64,000 nt of DNA from a virus (Duplodnaviria > Heunggongvirae > Uroviricota > Caudoviricetes), in the IMG/VR virus record IMGVR_UViG_3300043313_001192, positions 25,598-89,597 of that record. One strand, 5' to 3'. A model generated the notes under the pieces. That model worked only from the letters and a program-made list of their open reading frames with translations. It was not told the DNA's origin and searched no databases. Of the stretch, positions 34,736 through 42,409 are shown in pieces (the first letter of the stretch is position 1; the number at the start of each line of letters is the position of its first letter). The position numbers and the translations under genes were made by a program.

Positions 34736-37017
34736 ATGAGTCTCCCGCCAACCATCAGTTTCCTCTTCTTGTCGTAGGTCATCCGCAGGGTCCGGCAGGT
34801 GTTCTCCAGCTCGTCGCGGACTGCTGCCTTGCTGAGCTTGGGTGCATCCTCACCGGCGAACATCACCCAGGTGTTGAACGAGACCACCATGTCGGCGTGG
34901 CTGAACGTGTCGATCGCACTGCCGGTGACCTCCAGGCAGGCGCCGGACCACTTCGCGAAGATGTTGTGCTTGGCTCGTTCATCGGTGGCGGTCTCGGCCC
35001 ACGCCGTGGTGTCGCCCCAGCCGTGCTCGGCCCACGACTTGGCGCCCTCCAGCATCCAGGCCAGCGCCAGCCGCAGCTCGGCCGGTTGCCGGGTGATCTG
35101 CGACCTCAGGTCAGGGATCACCTCGCGCTCGCTCATGCTGTACTCGAAAGGGAAGAACTTGAGTCGCCGCCAGACCGCCTCGTCGGGGATCTCCAGCGCG
35201 TGGTTGGTGCTGAGCCACAGCGAGCACTCCGGCACGAAGGAGATCTCCTCCTTGCCGTAGGGCAGCCGCCCCGAGAGCGAGTCGCCACCGGAGAGCGACT
35301 TGAGCATCGGCAGGTTCACCTCGGCCTTCATCGGCGGCTCGGAGAACGTCAGCACCCGCTGGCCCACGATCGCGGCCACCGAGAAGTCCGGGTTGCCCTT
35401 GTCACCGAAGAGCAGGTTGTGGCTCATCGCCTTGCCGTAGGAGCCGACCACCTTGAGCAGGATCTCCGAGAACGTGGACTTGCCCGAGCGGGTGGGTCCC
35501 TTCAGCACGAAGACCGCGTCCACGTCCCCGTCCACACCGCGGCGTCCGTACAGCGAGGCTCCGGCCGCGCGTTGCAGCAGCCGGAGGTTGTCGGGTCCCA
35601 TCTGGTGTTCCAGGTCGGTGACGAACTTGTGGAACCAGCGCCCGGCCCCACCCTCGGAGGCCACGTCCCACAGGTGCTTGAACTCCCCACCCGGCCCGTC
35701 GTCGTACGGCGCCCCCAGTGCCTTCGAGACCCGCCGGGTCCGGGCGTCCAGCTCGCATTCACCTGTCCGCAGATTCACCAGCCGCCCGATCCCGGCCGTC
35801 ACCGGCAGCCCGGCGATCCAGCCCTCGGCGTCCCAGTTCAACGCTGAGGGCACCAGCACCCGTTCGTCGGACTGCAGGTCACCGAGGATCGAACTCGTCG
35901 GTCGCTGCTGGGCCTTGCCCGCCCACTTGAACGCGTCCTTGGACAGGGTGTCCTTGCCGTCCAGCTTGGACTGCCTGCCCTCGGCCAGGTGCACGTCGGG
36001 CATGTCCATGCAGTAGGACTTCAGCATCGTCTCCGACCGCTCCGGGCCACCCCAGCCGGACTCGGTCCAGACCCGCCAGGCCAGCCCTGGTGTGTAGAGC
36101 ATCTTGTCGCCGTGGGTGTCGATCAGCCGCCGCACATCGCCCCGTCGGGTGTACGTCCTGGGATCGCCGCCCACCAACGGTGTGCCGGGCCTTGTGCGCC
36201 ACGGGTCGTCGCGGTCGATCCGGGCGACGTCGTCGACCAGCCCGGCCGCGGTCAGGCGCATCATCAGCGCCGAGGTGGCATCGGTCAGTCCGGCGATCGG
36301 GTCGACCAGCACCTTTGAGCCACCGGACCACTCATAGCCCGGTCGTGGGGCCAGCACCGCGAACGCGCCGTCACCGAGCACCCAGACCCCGGTGACCAGC
36401 TCGATCTCGGTGCGCCCTCCCATGACTGCGTCGGACTCCCCGATCCGGAAGAACCAGTGCTGCCCGCCCGAAGGCGTCGTCTGGGTGAGCACGTGCCCAG
36501 TCATCTTGAACCTGGCCCTGGTCATCTCGGCGTGCTCGCCGACGTCGAGGACCACGATCTTGGACTCCGAGCCGGTCAGCACCGCCAGCCCGATCCAGCC
36601 CGCCTTGACGCGGAGGTCACTGGCCGGGAAGACCCGCTCGACGTCCTCCTCGACCCGAGCCACGCCCAGCCCCGAGACGAGGTGCTTGCCCCAGGTGGTG
36701 CAGGCTTCGCCTTCCTTGCAGCAGCAGCCGACCAAACCAGCTCCGGCGGCACCGGGTACGGCGGCGACGGGCATCCAGACCGGCGCGATCGCCCAGCCGA
36801 ACTGGCTGATGTAGCCCTTCGCCCAGCGCCACAGGTTCTTGACCGCGTCCGGGATCGGCGGCTCGGCGGCTGGCGGTGGCACTCCCGGAGGAGTCGGCAC
36901 ACGCGGCGGTGTCGGTGGGCCACCCACCACACCGCTCCCACCGGGCGCTGGTGGCGGTCCCGGTGTCGACGGCGTGCCTGCTCCTGGTGGAGGCGGCGTG
37001 ACCCCACTCACGGTCAC
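34732..37017 (-). CDS. Prim-Pol (bifunctional primase/polymerase) domain fused to D5-like SF3 helicase
   Basis: GWAIAPV...CCC..C..WGKH...IGLAVLTG...TTPSGGQHWFF; Walker A GPTRSGKST, FSEPP, WRRL; GTG start overlaps the upstream stop (GTGA). Confidence 0.8.
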   Translation of the reverse strand: MTVSGVTPPPPGAGTPSTPGPPPAPGGSGVVGGPPTPPRVPTPPGVPPPAAEPPIPDAVKNLWRWAKGYISQFGWAIAPVWMPVAAVPGAAGAGLVGCCCKEGEACTTWGKHLVSGLGVARVEEDVERVFPASDLRVKAGWIGLAVLTGSESKIVVLDVGEHAEMTRARFKMTGHVLTQTTPSGGQHWFFRIGESDAVMGGRTEIELVTGVWVLGDGAFAVLAPRPGYEWSGGSKVLVDPIAGLTDATSALMMRLTAAGLVDDVARIDRDDPWRTRPGTPLVGGDPRTYTRRGDVRRLIDTHGDKMLYTPGLAWRVWTESGWGGPERSETMLKSYCMDMPDVHLAEGRQSKLDGKDTLSKDAFKWAGKAQQRPTSSILGDLQSDERVLVPSALNWDAEGWIAGLPVTAGIGRLVNLRTGECELDARTRRVSKALGAPYDDGPGGEFKHLWDVASEGGAGRWFHKFVTDLEHQMGPDNLRLLQRAAGASLYGRRGVDGDVDAVFVLKGPTRSGKSTFSEILLKVVGSYGKAMSHNLLFGDKGNPDFSVAAIVGQRVLTFSEPPMKAEVNLPMLKSLSGGDSLSGRLPYGKEEISFVPECSLWLSTNHALEIPDEAVWRRLKFFPFEYSMSEREVIPDLRSQITRQPAELRLALAWMLEGAKSWAEHGWGDTTAWAETATDERAKHNIFAKWSGACLEVTGSAIDTFSHADMVVSFNTWVMFAGEDAPKLSKAAVRDELENTCRTLRMTYDKKRKLMVGGRLI

Positions 37018-38411
37018 GGGTCCGGGGTCCCGTGCATCGTCGTGGTGAACGGGCTCTCCAGAGCCTCCAGCTCCCGCTCCCGGCCCCACTGCTCCATCCA
37101 GCCCGTCTCTTCCCGCCATGGCCCCGAGAGCCTCCCCACCACCATGTCGCTGTCGCCCTCACTGCCTACGTCGATCCGCCGACGCGCCTCGTCCTCATCA
37201 CCTGCACAGGCCAGGTCGACCCAGGCACGCCACTTGCTGATCACCCCGACGCCAGCAGCCGTGCCCCGACGCCCAGAACCCCGTAGTCCGGACGCGAACC
37301 CGGTCGCGGGGGAGTCCGAGTAGACCACCAATAGGTTCGGCATGTCGTCGTAGACCACGGCGGACCGCTCACCGGCGTCGAACCCGCTGCTTGAGCCCGC
37401 GTCGTCGAGCTTGCCCGGACGCTCCCAGATCTGTTCGCGTCCGGCGGGGTCCGGGCCGGACACGCACCGCCACCCGAAGGGCACCAGCACGTCCTCCCAG
37501 CCCAGCACTTCGTCGGCGATCCTGTCCAGGTCTCCGAGCACTGGGCCAACGCTGGTCCACTCCCCCTCGTCCCCGCCTCCAGCCACCTGGTCGGTGTAGC
37601 CGGGCGAGTAGCGCTCCAGCAGCGCGTCCAGCAGCGCACCCCGGTCCAGCTCGGGATCCAGCCGGGGGATCTCCAGAACGTCACTGACGTGGCTGCCCAG
37701 AGCGTCAATGACGTTTTCCAGGCTGAGACGGCCGTCCCAGCTCTTGGACGAGCCCGGCCAGCGGATCACACCGGAGGGTCGGGCCGAGTCCTCGTCCGGC
37801 CCGGCGCGCCAGTTCAGGGTGCCCGGCATCCGCATCACCCGCGTGGTGTCCCAGACCCGGTCGATCTTCTTGACCGAGGTCTCCCCGACCCAGCCGACCA
37901 GTGCTCGGACAAGGCGCGAAGCGTCCACCCCTGGCACCGGTTCCCGCAACGGGATCCAGTACTGCACGCCCCACCCGGAGCCGATCACCAGGCTCGCCTC
38001 GGACAAGTCCGGGCCGAGGCACATGTCGACCACGTCGATCGCCTCGCCGATGTAGCTGAAGTAGTCCGACCCTTCGCGGCCGGGTGCCTGGCAGTCGACG
38101 TCGAGCCACAGCGCGCCAGCGTGCCCGCGCAGGGCCGCACCACCACGCGGGTAGGGACGCTTCCGTGTGCCGTGCGGTTTCTCCACCAGCCCGACGCAGC
38201 CCATGTAGACCTCGCGGCCCTGCTCGGACCACCAGGCCAGCTGCTTGATCGTGTCCGGGGCGAGCAGGGTGGCCACGTCCCAGTGCTGGGCGTGCCACTT
38301 CCCACGGGGGCTCTTGATGGAGACCTCGACCAGCTCACGATCCGCCGCCCATCCGTAGAGTCCCATGAGCACCCTGCGGGCGCTCTCAGGCGTGTGGTCC
38401 ACCTCGGTCAT
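37014..38411 (-). CDS. RepB-like (AEP superfamily) DNA primase domain protein
   Basis: LWLDVDC...VIGSGWGVQYWIPL...DTTRVMRMPGTLNWR; AAGGA RBS. Confidence 0.65.
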   Translation of the reverse strand: MTEVDHTPESARRVLMGLYGWAADRELVEVSIKSPRGKWHAQHWDVATLLAPDTIKQLAWWSEQGREVYMGCVGLVEKPHGTRKRPYPRGGAALRGHAGALWLDVDCQAPGREGSDYFSYIGEAIDVVDMCLGPDLSEASLVIGSGWGVQYWIPLREPVPGVDASRLVRALVGWVGETSVKKIDRVWDTTRVMRMPGTLNWRAGPDEDSARPSGVIRWPGSSKSWDGRLSLENVIDALGSHVSDVLEIPRLDPELDRGALLDALLERYSPGYTDQVAGGGDEGEWTSVGPVLGDLDRIADEVLGWEDVLVPFGWRCVSGPDPAGREQIWERPGKLDDAGSSSGFDAGERSAVVYDDMPNLLVVYSDSPATGFASGLRGSGRRGTAAGVGVISKWRAWVDLACAGDEDEARRRIDVGSEGDSDMVVGRLSGPWREETGWMEQWGRERELEALESPFTTTMHGTPDP

Positions 38412-38528
38412 CGTCTCTCCGTCCTTGGCCCCGGCACGCGTGGAGCACAGGTCAACGCTCACGGCTTGGGCAGAAACAACACTACAGCGGATGGTCAGGA
38501 GCAACCATCTGACTACAGCGCTGTTTCA

Positions 38529-38714
38529 TCAGCCGGATCGCTTGCGACCACGCTCCTTGTACAGCCAGGCGTACTCGGTCCGCCGCTGCTCGGGACTCAT
38601 GTGCAGGTACCGCTGCACCCGCACCGAGCGGGTCGTCATCACCCGCGACCAGGCCGTCAGCCAACCACTGGGGTATCGACGGTGCATCACACGGGTCTGC
38701 GCCAGGATGCCCAT
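38529..38714 (-). CDS. small basic hypothetical protein
   Basis: ORF with weak RBS. Confidence 0.35.
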   Translation of the reverse strand: MGILAQTRVMHRRYPSGWLTAWSRVMTTRSVRVQRYLHMSPEQRRTEYAWLYKERGRKRSG

Positions 38715-38723
38715 CTGAGGAAT

Positions 38724-39311
38724 CTAGAGATTGCGGTTCAGCTGGATGGTCAGGTCGGCACCCGGCGCAGCGACGGAGCCGACCTTCTCGACGAGCGCCA
38801 CGACGTAGGTGTTCACCGGATGGTCGGCGATGAAGTCGTCTGGACCGAGGGTCACCGAGACGTTCCAGCCTGCGGGGATGACCAGCTTCCCGGTCTTGAG
38901 GATGCTGGTCTGGGTGCCTGAGTTGTAGGTCGGGCCACTCAACGTCGCGCCCACCACCAGGTCCACCTCGATGTCGGCGTCGGCCGCGGTGAGCAGACTG
39001 GCCTTGGCTCCCATGAAGGCGGAGGACCGCTCGGTCAAGTTCCAGATCAGCGGCATCAGGAGCTTGTTGTCGGCGACCAGGTTGCCGGGCGCGTACCAGG
39101 TGTTGGCCACCAGCCGGGCCTGCTCGATCGAGCCCTGCGGCGCGGTCAGCCCGGCCAGGATCAGCTCCAACTGGATCAGCCGGTTGTGCAGGTCCAGGGC
39201 GGCGCGGTTGACGTCGTTGTGTAGCTCGGAGTGCGACGGGTCCATCAACGGCGACGTGGTGTCCACGTTCGTGGGCAGGTCGTAGGCGAACTCCCCTGGG
39301 GTGACCGTCAT
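38724..39311 (-). CDS. probable virion-associated protein
   Basis: C-terminal beta-rich segment ending PGADLTIQL, similar in style to phage tail-associated proteins. Confidence 0.5.
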   Translation of the reverse strand: MTVTPGEFAYDLPTNVDTTSPLMDPSHSELHNDVNRAALDLHNRLIQLELILAGLTAPQGSIEQARLVANTWYAPGNLVADNKLLMPLIWNLTERSSAFMGAKASLLTAADADIEVDLVVGATLSGPTYNSGTQTSILKTGKLVIPAGWNVSVTLGPDDFIADHPVNTYVVALVEKVGSVAAPGADLTIQLNRNL

Positions 39312-39343
39312 CCTGTCAGGTTACTTAAACACTGGGTGCTGGT

Positions 39344-40303
39344 CTATGCGCCGTCGAGGACCGCCACCAGGTGCTCGTTGTCCCAGGTGTGCGCCGCAGT
39401 CATGTAGTCACCTGGGCGGACCTTGACCCCCAGCGCCCGCGTCGCCATCCCGCGTGCCTCGACCCAGCGTTCCTGGCCGACGTAGAGATCCACCAGATCG
39501 ACCACAGCATCACGCCGACCGGGATCCTCGGCCACCGCCTTGAGCAGCCACCGCTCCGGGTAGTGGTCCATCTTGGCCAGGTAGCGGTACGCCTCGGCGC
39601 GCTCCGCGGACCAGGTCGCCTGTGGCATTCCCAGGTAGGAGACGAAGGTGTCCCGCGCGATCTCCCAGCGGCCGACGAAGAAGTACTCGCGCGCCAGGTA
39701 GAACCGCTGCCGCGGATTGTCCCGCTCCTCCTTGACCGCCAGCTCCAGCAGCTCCAGGTAGGACCCGCGCGACTTGGTGTCATCGGCGTAGTGCTCGATG
39801 CCGAACCCGCCCGCCACTGCCGGGACCTCCAGGTCACCGCGACTGGCCGAGGGCACCAGCACCTCGTGCACCGCACCGTGCCAGGCCCAGCCCTCCCGCG
39901 AGAAGCACCGGTCCGCGGTGAACGAGACGTCCGGCACACCGGGCTCCACCCAGTTCCAGACGTAGTGGTAGCTCCACCGGCGCGCGGACGGGTCCTCGGC
40001 GATCGTCGCCTCCAGTGCTGCGCGCCAGCCGGGCACCAGCACCTCGTCGGCGTCCAGGGTGATCACCACGTCGACCTCGGGCGGCAGCAGCGCCAGCCCC
40101 GCGTTGCGGGCCAGGTCGAAGCGCCACGGCGCGACGTGGATCGGGGTCACGTCGATGTCCAGGTCACTGGCCAGCTCGACGGTGCCGTCAGTGCTGCCGG
40201 TGTCCGCGATCTGCAGCAGGTCCGCATCGTCCGCCGAGGCCGCCCACCGGGGCAGGTTCGCCTCCTCGTTGAGGGTGATCGTGTGCACCGCGATGACGCT
40301 CAA
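39344..40303 (-). CDS. glycosyltransferase family 2 with TPR-like C-terminus
   Basis: ITLNEE..L...ADTGSTDGT...FDLARN...LDADE; FYLAREY TPR-like helices. Confidence 0.85.
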   Translation of the reverse strand: MSVIAVHTITLNEEANLPRWAASADDADLLQIADTGSTDGTVELASDLDIDVTPIHVAPWRFDLARNAGLALLPPEVDVVITLDADEVLVPGWRAALEATIAEDPSARRWSYHYVWNWVEPGVPDVSFTADRCFSREGWAWHGAVHEVLVPSASRGDLEVPAVAGGFGIEHYADDTKSRGSYLELLELAVKEERDNPRQRFYLAREYFFVGRWEIARDTFVSYLGMPQATWSAERAEAYRYLAKMDHYPERWLLKAVAEDPGRRDAVVDLVDLYVGQERWVEARGMATRALGVKVRPGDYMTAAHTWDNEHLVAVLDGA

Positions 40304-40479
40304 CTCGGCCTCGGTCCGGGGTTGGTGTTGCCGATCTTCTGGTTCATCGCCAGCCAGCAGGCATCGCCTTCGGCACCCTGCTGGTCGTGCGCGGGGTAGT
40401 CGTCACCGAACCAGCGTCGCCACCACGAGCGCACCGGCAACGGCTCCCCACAGATCAGGCAGGTCCGTACCTCGGGCAC
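40300..40479 (-). CDS. small hypothetical protein
   Basis: CLICGE motif; GGAGG-like RBS. Confidence 0.5.
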   Translation of the reverse strand: MPEVRTCLICGEPLPVRSWWRRWFGDDYPAHDQQGAEGDACWLAMNQKIGNTNPGPRPS

Positions 40480-40484
40480 CACCA

Positions 40485-40712
40485 CTACCTGCGCCTGGCG
40501 ATCAGCGTGTTGACGTAGTCGACCACCTCGTCGATGTCCACGGCGTTCTCGACGATCTGAGTCAGGTCGGCGGTCTCCTCCTCGGACAGCGGAGCTAGCG
40601 GCGCGCGCTGCTTCGGGGGCCGCTCCTGCACCGTGGTGCTCGGGTTGGCGGCAGCTTGCTCGGGGCTGACGTACTGGCCGGACTCTGCGGACCGGCTGCG
40701 ACTCTTCGGCAT
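40485..40712 (-). CDS. small hypothetical protein
   Basis: GAAGGAG RBS; RSAESGQYVS..A..NPSTTVQE motif. Confidence 0.65.
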   Translation of the reverse strand: MPKSRSRSAESGQYVSPEQAAANPSTTVQERPPKQRAPLAPLSEEETADLTQIVENAVDIDEVVDYVNTLIARRR

Positions 40713-40811
40713 GTGTCTCTCCTTCGTTCGATGGCCACCTCGCTGCTGTGTCCATGAGGTTCTCAGACCACTACAGTGTTGGACAGTTGCTCGAACGTAA
40801 AGGGGTTCCCC

Positions 40812-41423
40812 GTGCCACTGATCTTCACTGAAGACCTGCTCTGGCCCGCAACGCTGGAGAACGCCTCGGAGCGACAAATCCTCGTTGCCCTCTACAAGAA
40901 ACAAGAAAGGCTGGAGATCCTCGTGACCGAACTCAGTCAGGCAGTGGAACAGCTCAAGACGTCGGTGGCCGATCTGGCCGACACCGTCAACTCTCAGGTC
41001 GAGCCGCTCCAGGAAGCCCTGGCTGCGGCCCAGCAGGCGCTGGACGACTTCACCGTGGCCGACCTCGCCGAGGACGCCGACTTCCAGGCCGAGATCGACA
41101 CCCTGAAGTCCGACGTGCAGTCCAAGGTCCAGGAGGCCCAGGACGCGGCCAACCAGATCCAGGCGTCGGTCCAGCAGATCCAGACGGTCCGCGACGACAT
41201 CGAGAACCAGACCAGCGGTGAGGGGGGCGAGGGTGAGGTGCCCGGTGGTGAGACCGGTGCCACCGGACCCACCGGACCCGACGACGTCGGCGGTGCCACC
41301 GGTCCGACCGGCGGCGAGGAGACCGGCGCCACCGGCCCCACGGGTCCCACCGGCAGCGAGCCGCACCCGGACCAGACCCTCCCCGGTGACCTGCCGGAGG
41401 AGCAGGCCCCGACAAACCCCTAG
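40812..41423 (+). CDS. coiled-coil protein with short collagen-like (GPT) tail
   Basis: Heptad-rich N-terminal 130 aa, GATGPTGP repeats; opposite strand to neighbours. Confidence 0.65.
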   Translation: MPLIFTEDLLWPATLENASERQILVALYKKQERLEILVTELSQAVEQLKTSVADLADTVNSQVEPLQEALAAAQQALDDFTVADLAEDADFQAEIDTLKSDVQSKVQEAQDAANQIQASVQQIQTVRDDIENQTSGEGGEGEVPGGETGATGPTGPDDVGGATGPTGGEETGATGPTGPTGSEPHPDQTLPGDLPEEQAPTNP

Positions 41424-41508
41424 AGCCCCATCGGGAGCGGCCCAGCTCCTGGTGGGAGATCATCCGGGGCTGGGTCCGCTACTGCGTCCGCGTCGTGCGT
41501 GGTCGCGT

Positions 41509-41709
41509 CTAGGTTGTTCGCATCGGGCAGTCGCTCGCGTGCCAGCCGTACTCACCGCAGTGGGTGCCGTCGGGGAACTTCGTCCCCGGACACGCGCGGA
41601 CCTTGCGCAGATCCTCGCGCTCGCGTTCCTCGGCGTACGCCGCCTCTGCTTCTTCGTCGCGGCGTCGGTACTCCTCGGCGAAGTCCGGGTCGTCGTAGTA
41701 GGAACTCAC
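41509..41709 (-). CDS. small Cys/His protein
   Basis: GTGA coupling; CPG...HC...HASDC. Confidence 0.55.
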   Translation of the reverse strand: MSSYYDDPDFAEEYRRRDEEAEAAYAEEREREDLRKVRACPGTKFPDGTHCGEYGWHASDCPMRTT

Positions 41710-41885
41710 CGGCGCGCGAGGTCCGCCACGCAGACGTAGTTGCCGGGCGTGCCCATCGGCTTGCCGCACATCGCGCAGTGCGTCGTCGGACCCTCGGTAC
41801 CGAGATGTTCGGGGCAGACGTAGTGCGAGTCGATGTTCTTGACGTGCCCGCCCTTGGCGCAGTGGCCGTACTTGCGTCGTGCCAT
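41706..41885 (-). CDS. small zinc-finger protein
   Basis: TGATG coupling; HCAKG..CPEH..HCAMCG..C. Confidence 0.6.
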   Translation of the reverse strand: MARRKYGHCAKGGHVKNIDSHYVCPEHLGTEGPTTHCAMCGKPMGTPGNYVCVADLARR

Positions 41886-42352
41886 CAGCCCGCCTTGTTG
41901 TCGCCAGCGATGTCGTCCAGGATCTCCTCGACGAAGCCCTCCATGTGCTGGTAGCGCTTCTTGAAGGTGGTCCAGTCGCGGCGCATCTGCTTCATCATCA
42001 GCTCGCGCTGGATCGGGTCCAGGATGATCTCCTCGATCGGCTCGTAGGTCGACGTCGGCGAACCGTCCGCCTCGCGCCGTACCCAGAACGCCCGGAGGTC
42101 GGCACGCTTGTTGCCGATGTCCGCCTTGTACTTCACCCGCAGCAGGTTCCCCGCCTCGTGCAGCCGCCACTTCCGCGCCGCCTCGGTGTCGTCCCAGGTG
42201 AACCGATGGTGCAGCGGGTGGTCGGGATCAGCAGCTTCCTCGACCACCACCTCGGGCGTCAGCGTGCCGCGCTTCTCGCGGATCTCCAGCAGCACGTCGC
42301 GCAGGTTGTTCGGCGTCTGGCCCTCAGTGGCCTCGTCGGTTCCGTTCGTCAT
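41885..42352 (-). CDS. conserved phage protein immediately downstream of the GGY-NN array (putative accessory protein)
   Basis: L.EIREKRGTLTPEVVVEEAADPDHPLHHRFTWDDTEAARKWRLHEA; GGGAGG RBS. Confidence 0.75.
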   Translation of the reverse strand: MTNGTDEATEGQTPNNLRDVLLEIREKRGTLTPEVVVEEAADPDHPLHHRFTWDDTEAARKWRLHEAGNLLRVKYKADIGNKRADLRAFWVRREADGSPTSTYEPIEEIILDPIQRELMMKQMRRDWTTFKKRYQHMEGFVEEILDDIAGDNKAG

Positions 42353-42409
42353 TGCGTCCCTCCCGTTTCAGGTTGGTGAATCGTACCTCACCACCTCTGT
42401 TCCGTCAGC

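Noticed and set aside
37014-37119. Programmed frameshift fusing the two primase ORFs
   Set aside because: The overlap is explained by a GTGA start/stop coupling at 37014-37017; no slippery sequence seen
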